Positions 7,556-10,212 of a stretch of DNA of 10,212 nt are shown here, piece after piece (positions within the stretch are counted from its first letter, which is position 1; every line of letters starts with the position of its first letter). The stretch is from an uncultured bacterium (GTDB lineage: Bacteria; Krumholzibacteriota; Krumholzibacteriia; WVZY01; JAKEHA01), in NCBI GenBank assembly GCA_965372695.1, contig CBDVDJ010000049.1:1-10212 (forward strand). The letters run 5' to 3'. Position numbers and translations under genes: made by a program. Below the pieces are notes generated by a model. The model was not told the DNA's origin. It made no database searches and saw only the letters and a list, made by a program, of their open reading frames with translations.

Positions 7556-7930
7556 GTGGCCAAGAAAATCCTGATTGTAGACGACGAAGCCGACGTCAGA
7601 ACTTATCTGGAAGTACTGTTCCAGGAAAACGGGTACGAAACCGCGGTAGCCGCCGACGGCGACGAGGCGATGCCGAAAGTTCATGAGTTCAAACCGGACC
7701 TGATCTCTCTCGACATCATCATGCCGCGCGAGAGCGGCCAGAAATTTTACCGCACGCTGGTAAAAGACGCGGAGTTCGGCAAAACACCCGTCATTATCTG
7801 CAGTGGTGTAACGCGCTACAAAGAGCTGTTCTCGCGCGACCACAAGACGATGCCCAAACCGTTTGCCTTCATCGAGAAACCGATCGACAAAGGCGAACTC
7901 CTGGGCAAAATCAAGGAAGCCATCGGGTAG
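7556..7930 (+). CDS. Stand-alone response-regulator receiver (CheY-like REC domain only)
   Basis: GTG 7556 follows the RBS GGAGGGA (7543-7549). The acidic pocket is ILIVDDEADVR, the phospho-acceptor Asp lies in LISLDIIMP, and the conserved Ser/Thr (ICSG) and Lys (IEKP) are present. There is no output domain. The protein is 124 aa and starts 19 nt after the hdrD-like stop. Confidence 0.85.
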   Translation: MAKKILIVDDEADVRTYLEVLFQENGYETAVAADGDEAMPKVHEFKPDLISLDIIMPRESGQKFYRTLVKDAEFGKTPVIICSGVTRYKELFSRDHKTMPKPFAFIEKPIDKGELLGKIKEAIG

Positions 7931-7939
7931 CGCCGTGAT

Positions 7940-7961
7940 GGCCCGGGGCGCCACCCCGGCC
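7940..7961. terminator. GC hairpin in the 34-nt gap between convergent genes; possible bidirectional terminator
   Basis: GGCCCGGGG (7940-7948), a cgcca loop, then CCCCGGCC (7954-7961). It lies between the REC stop (7930) and the stomatin stop (7965-7967). There is no U-tract. Confidence 0.3.
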
Positions 7962-7964
7962 TCG

Positions 7965-9113
7965 TCACGCTGCTTCCGGACCTTCGGCGGCGGCGGTTCC
8001 GGCGGCGGAGCCGGCGTCTGTCCCGGTATCCCCGGGCAGGTCGGCCGTCTTTGCGAGCGCCGTCAGGCCGCCCAGAACACCCAACCCCATCGATTCGACC
8101 GCTGATGACGGTACGATGATCATCGACCCCTTCTGCCGCAACCCCTCGTAGACCATGTTCATCGCGCGCAGGTGCAAAGCGACCGGATTGTCCTGGTAGT
8201 GGTAGGCGGCGGCGGCGAATTTTTCGGCGATCTCGGTCTCGGCGGTGCCGAGGATGATCCGGCTCTGGCGTTCGCGTTCCGCCTGCGCCTGTCGTGACAT
8301 CGCGTCTTCGAGGCCTTTGGGTATCACGATGTCGCGGATCTCGACGTCCTGGGTGGTGACACCCCACGCGTTGGTTTTTTTGTCGAGGAGCTTCTGGATC
8401 TCGGAGCCGAGACGGTCCCGTTCCGACAGCAGGGTGGCGAGGTCGTTTTTTCCGATCGCGTTACGCAGCGCCGTCTGCGCCGACAGGATGACGGCGTCCT
8501 CGAAATGCTCGACTTCGAGTACGGACTTCTGCGCGTCCCACACCATCCAGAACGCGATCGCGTCGACGCTGACCGGCACCGTGTCCGCCGTCAGCGTTGT
8601 CTCGGCGCTGAAGTCGGTGACGCGGATTCGCTGGTCTACGAACTGGGCGACTTTGTCGATGACGGGAATGACGGCGAAGAGCCCCGACGACCGTATCGCC
8701 TTGAATTTGCCAAATCGCAGCACGACGGCGCGTTCCCATTGATAAGCGATCTGCACAGACGTCGACACCAGTACTGCGACGGTGATGGTGACGAGTAACA
8801 CGTCGTCCAGCGGCCGCATGACGAGGTACGCGATGAAACAGTCCGCCGTGGCGAGCACGACGACGGCTTCCCATATCTGTGTGAGCCGTATCAAGCCCGC
8901 CAGGATAAGCGCCGATCCGAGAAACAACGCAACGGCGTCCGCGCTGAAGCCATGGAGGCGGAGGTGGACGATCAGGCCGGCGACGAACAGTGCCACCAGC
9001 AGCAGAACGTTCAGGGGTGCAAACCTGAAATCGGCCCTCATGGTGGCGGCAAAGCGTTCCAGTGAAATACCGGGTACCGATCGGCCTTCAGCCGTTTTTA
9101 CGGATCCAGTCAT
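7965..9113 (-). CDS. SPFH/band-7 (stomatin/prohibitin-like) membrane protein with an extended multi-TM N-terminal region and a low-complexity Ala/Gly/Thr C-terminal tail
   Basis: The core YQWERAVVLRFGKF...GLFAVIPVIDKV...TADTVPVSVDAIAFW...ILSAQTALRNAIGK is a typical SPFH domain. ATG 9113 follows the RBS AAAGGAG with an 8-nt spacer and overlaps the gntR stop as ATGA. The ~125 aa before the SPFH domain contain about four hydrophobic helices. An internal Met (MRPLDDVLLV...) would give a conventional single-hairpin stomatin, so the true start is somewhat uncertain. Confidence 0.8.
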   Translation of the reverse strand: MTGSVKTAEGRSVPGISLERFAATMRADFRFAPLNVLLLVALFVAGLIVHLRLHGFSADAVALFLGSALILAGLIRLTQIWEAVVVLATADCFIAYLVMRPLDDVLLVTITVAVLVSTSVQIAYQWERAVVLRFGKFKAIRSSGLFAVIPVIDKVAQFVDQRIRVTDFSAETTLTADTVPVSVDAIAFWMVWDAQKSVLEVEHFEDAVILSAQTALRNAIGKNDLATLLSERDRLGSEIQKLLDKKTNAWGVTTQDVEIRDIVIPKGLEDAMSRQAQAERERQSRIILGTAETEIAEKFAAAAYHYQDNPVALHLRAMNMVYEGLRQKGSMIIVPSSAVESMGLGVLGGLTALAKTADLPGDTGTDAGSAAGTAAAEGPEAA

Positions 9114-9487
9114 GACGACGACTCCTTTCGTTGCCGCAGTCCTTCCAGCACATCGTCGAGCATGAGCCCGTAGCTGGAAGCGCGAGCCATTAGTTCGGTC
9201 AAAATCTGATCGAGCATTCTCTGTTTTTCCAGCCGGTCGATCTCCGGCTTGCGGCTGCCGATAAAAGTCCCCGAGCCCTGTTGTGTGTCGAGCGTTCCTT
9301 CGATTTCGAGTTCGCGGTACGCGCGCACCACTGTGTTCGGGTTGATCGCGAGTTCGACGGCGAGCTGGCGAACCGTCGGCAGGCGGTCTCCGGGGCCAAG
9401 CTCGCCGCTGGCAATGCCGAACTTGATCTGTTCGATAATCTGCCGGTAGAACGGCACGCCGCTCTTGTTATCCAGAATAAATCCCAT
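9110..9487 (-). CDS. GntR-family transcriptional regulator, short YtrA-like subfamily (125 aa)
   Basis: The winged-HTH signature is PFYRQIIEQIKFGIASGELGPGDRLPTVRQLAVELAINPNTVVRAYRELEIEGTLDTQQGSGTFI. The short C-terminal dimerisation tail is typical of YtrA-like members. ATG 9487 follows a GGAG RBS. Confidence 0.9.
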   Translation of the reverse strand: MGFILDNKSGVPFYRQIIEQIKFGIASGELGPGDRLPTVRQLAVELAINPNTVVRAYRELEIEGTLDTQQGSGTFIGSRKPEIDRLEKQRMLDQILTELMARASSYGLMLDDVLEGLRQRKESSS

Positions 9488-9506
9488 AGGCTCATCTCCG
9501 TTTATC

Positions 9507-9540
9507 GTACTATAAGACTAGTGTACTAGCATTATAGTAC
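9507..9540. promoter_or_regulatory. Perfect 9-bp inverted repeat GTACTATAA-N16-TTATAGTAC; candidate GntR/YtrA operator
   Basis: The arms are at 9507-9515 and 9532-9540. The spacer GACTAGTGTACTAGCA carries a direct ACTAG-TGT-ACTAG and a third GTAC. The repeat sits 20 nt upstream of the gntR start and overlaps the predicted -10 and transcription start. GntR operators are typically GT-Nx-AC palindromes. Confidence 0.5.
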
Positions 9541-9558
9541 AATATGAGAGTGTGTCAA
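9531..9558 (-). promoter_or_regulatory. Near-consensus sigma70-type promoter on the - strand: TTGACA-N16-TATAAT
   Basis: On the - strand the sequence reads TTGACA (plus coordinates 9558-9553), a 16-nt spacer, then TATAAT (9536-9531). The predicted TSS near 9524 gives a ~37 nt leader for gntR-stomatin. The region 9496-9640 is markedly AT-rich compared with its surroundings. Confidence 0.5.
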
Positions 9559-9636
9559 CCCCCGGGCGGAAATATAATCATAACCTATGTTATTATAAGC
9601 GGTTATCAGGCATGGCTGTTCGACGTGCCCGCGGGA

Positions 9637-10212
9637 TCAGTGTTTCGTCAGGATGTGTTTGACGTCTTTTATATAAATGACGTATCGGCCCTGGTAGGGG
9701 TCGAATTCGCCATAGGCGAGGTAGTTCCCGTCCGGCGACCACGCGGGATACTGGGCAAACTGGGTGTCGAAGGTCAGCTGGACCTCGTCGGTCCCGTCGG
9801 GGTTGCGCATGTACACCTTGCCGCCCCGGCAGAACGCGATCGTATCATAGGGCCGGTTCCAGTCGGGATGGACGCAGGCCTCTCCGTAAGGCGTGATGGC
9901 GACTTCGTTGCCGCCGTATCTCGGCATGACGATGATCTGCGCGCCGTTTAGCCCGGGATGCGTGCGCTGAAACGCGATACGGTGTCCAAGGATCCCCCAC
10001 GTGGGGTGGAAATCGCCGTTGCCGCTGGACACCTTGATGAGTCCCGAAGATTCGAGTAGATATATGTAGTAAACGACGCCGCCATGGGCGAGCGTGTCGG
10101 CCTTGGAGAAGGCGAGTTTCCCCGTAGCGCCCGGAGGAGCCACGGCCACCTCGAAATCCTTCTGTTCAGTGTTGGTTACCGGCGCCTCCCAGCTGATCGC
10201 ACCCGTATAAAT
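9637..10212 (-). CDS. PD40/WD40-like beta-propeller repeat protein (TolB-like), 3' portion; the gene continues beyond the window edge
   Basis: The repeat motif YPAWSPDGNYLAY and repeated aromatic/Gly-rich propeller-blade-like segments are present. The frame stays open upstream of the listed GTG at 10149, through to position 10212 (...ISWEAPVTNTEQKDFEV...), so the gene is N-terminally truncated by the window. Confidence 0.65.
   Translation of the reverse strand: MYTGAISWEAPVTNTEQKDFEVAVAPPGATGKLAFSKADTLAHGGVVYYIYLLESSGLIKVSSGNGDFHPTWGILGHRIAFQRTHPGLNGAQIIVMPRYGGNEVAITPYGEACVHPDWNRPYDTIAFCRGGKVYMRNPDGTDEVQLTFDTQFAQYPAWSPDGNYLAYGEFDPYQGRYVIYIKDVKHILTKH

Noticed and set aside
5857-7563. 568-aa ORF on the - strand antisense to the HdrD/DsrK-like gene, and 5304..6203 - antisense to the NarI-like gene
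   Set aside because: This is the same artefact. There are no recognisable motifs, the composition is Arg/Leu/Ala-rich, and the sense strand carries clear Fe-S and heme-anchor signatures.
7967-8035. GGC-rich simple repeat (ggcggcggcggttccggcggcggagccggc)
   Set aside because: It encodes the Ala/Gly-rich disordered C-terminal tail of the stomatin-like protein. It is not a CRISPR or a mobile-element repeat.
7816-8874. Arg/Pro/Gly-rich ORFs 7816..8367 - and 8461..8874 -, plus the + strand ORFs 7863..8105 and 8245..8742
   Set aside because: They are alternative frames of the stomatin gene region. The translations are low-complexity and fit the high-GC artefact. The stomatin frame has a clear SPFH domain.
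9544-9951. 135-aa + strand ORF, plus a + strand TATAAT at 9573-9578
   Set aside because: The ORF is antisense to the PD40/TolB-like gene and has no recognisable features. The + strand TATAAT has no acceptable -35, and there is nothing credible to transcribe on that strand.
1-10212. Mobile elements, CRISPR arrays, tRNA or rRNA genes, or defence systems
   Set aside because: I saw no transposase or integrase-like ORFs, terminal inverted repeats flanking genes, regularly spaced direct repeats, tRNA-like cloverleaf candidates, or nuclease/ATPase defence signatures. The window is a metabolic and regulatory locus.

Overview
This window comes from a roughly 55-60% GC bacterial chromosome and carries the dissimilatory sulfur core sat (3' end only), aprB and aprA on the + strand. 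Sulfate reducers usually have qmoABC directly after aprA, but no Qmo-like ORF exists anywhere in the window. A GC-rich hairpin follows aprA, and after it comes a compact, partly translationally coupled + strand gene set. It consists of a small Cys4 zinc-ribbon ORF, two tandem paralogous Cys-rich proteins of the YkgJ/UPF0153 (CxxCxxCC-type) family that share an unassigned ~150 aa C-terminal extension, a NarI/HdrE/DsrM-type five-helix heme-b membrane subunit, an HdrD/DsrK-type Fe-S protein with two ferredoxin motifs and a CCG domain, and a stand-alone CheY-like receiver. I read this set as a candidate, apparently undescribed, membrane-bound electron-transfer module serving APS reductase in place of Qmo. 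That reading is inference from gene content and order only. On the - strand, convergent with this set, a short YtrA-like GntR regulator is translationally coupled to an SPFH/stomatin protein that has an unusual multi-TM N-terminal extension. A near-consensus sigma70 promoter overlaps a perfect 9-bp-arm palindrome just upstream of the regulator. The 3' part of a PD40/TolB-like beta-propeller gene runs off the right edge. I found no rRNA or tRNA genes, transposases, CRISPR arrays or defence genes. Several long antisense ORFs in the track are high-GC codon-bias artefacts.
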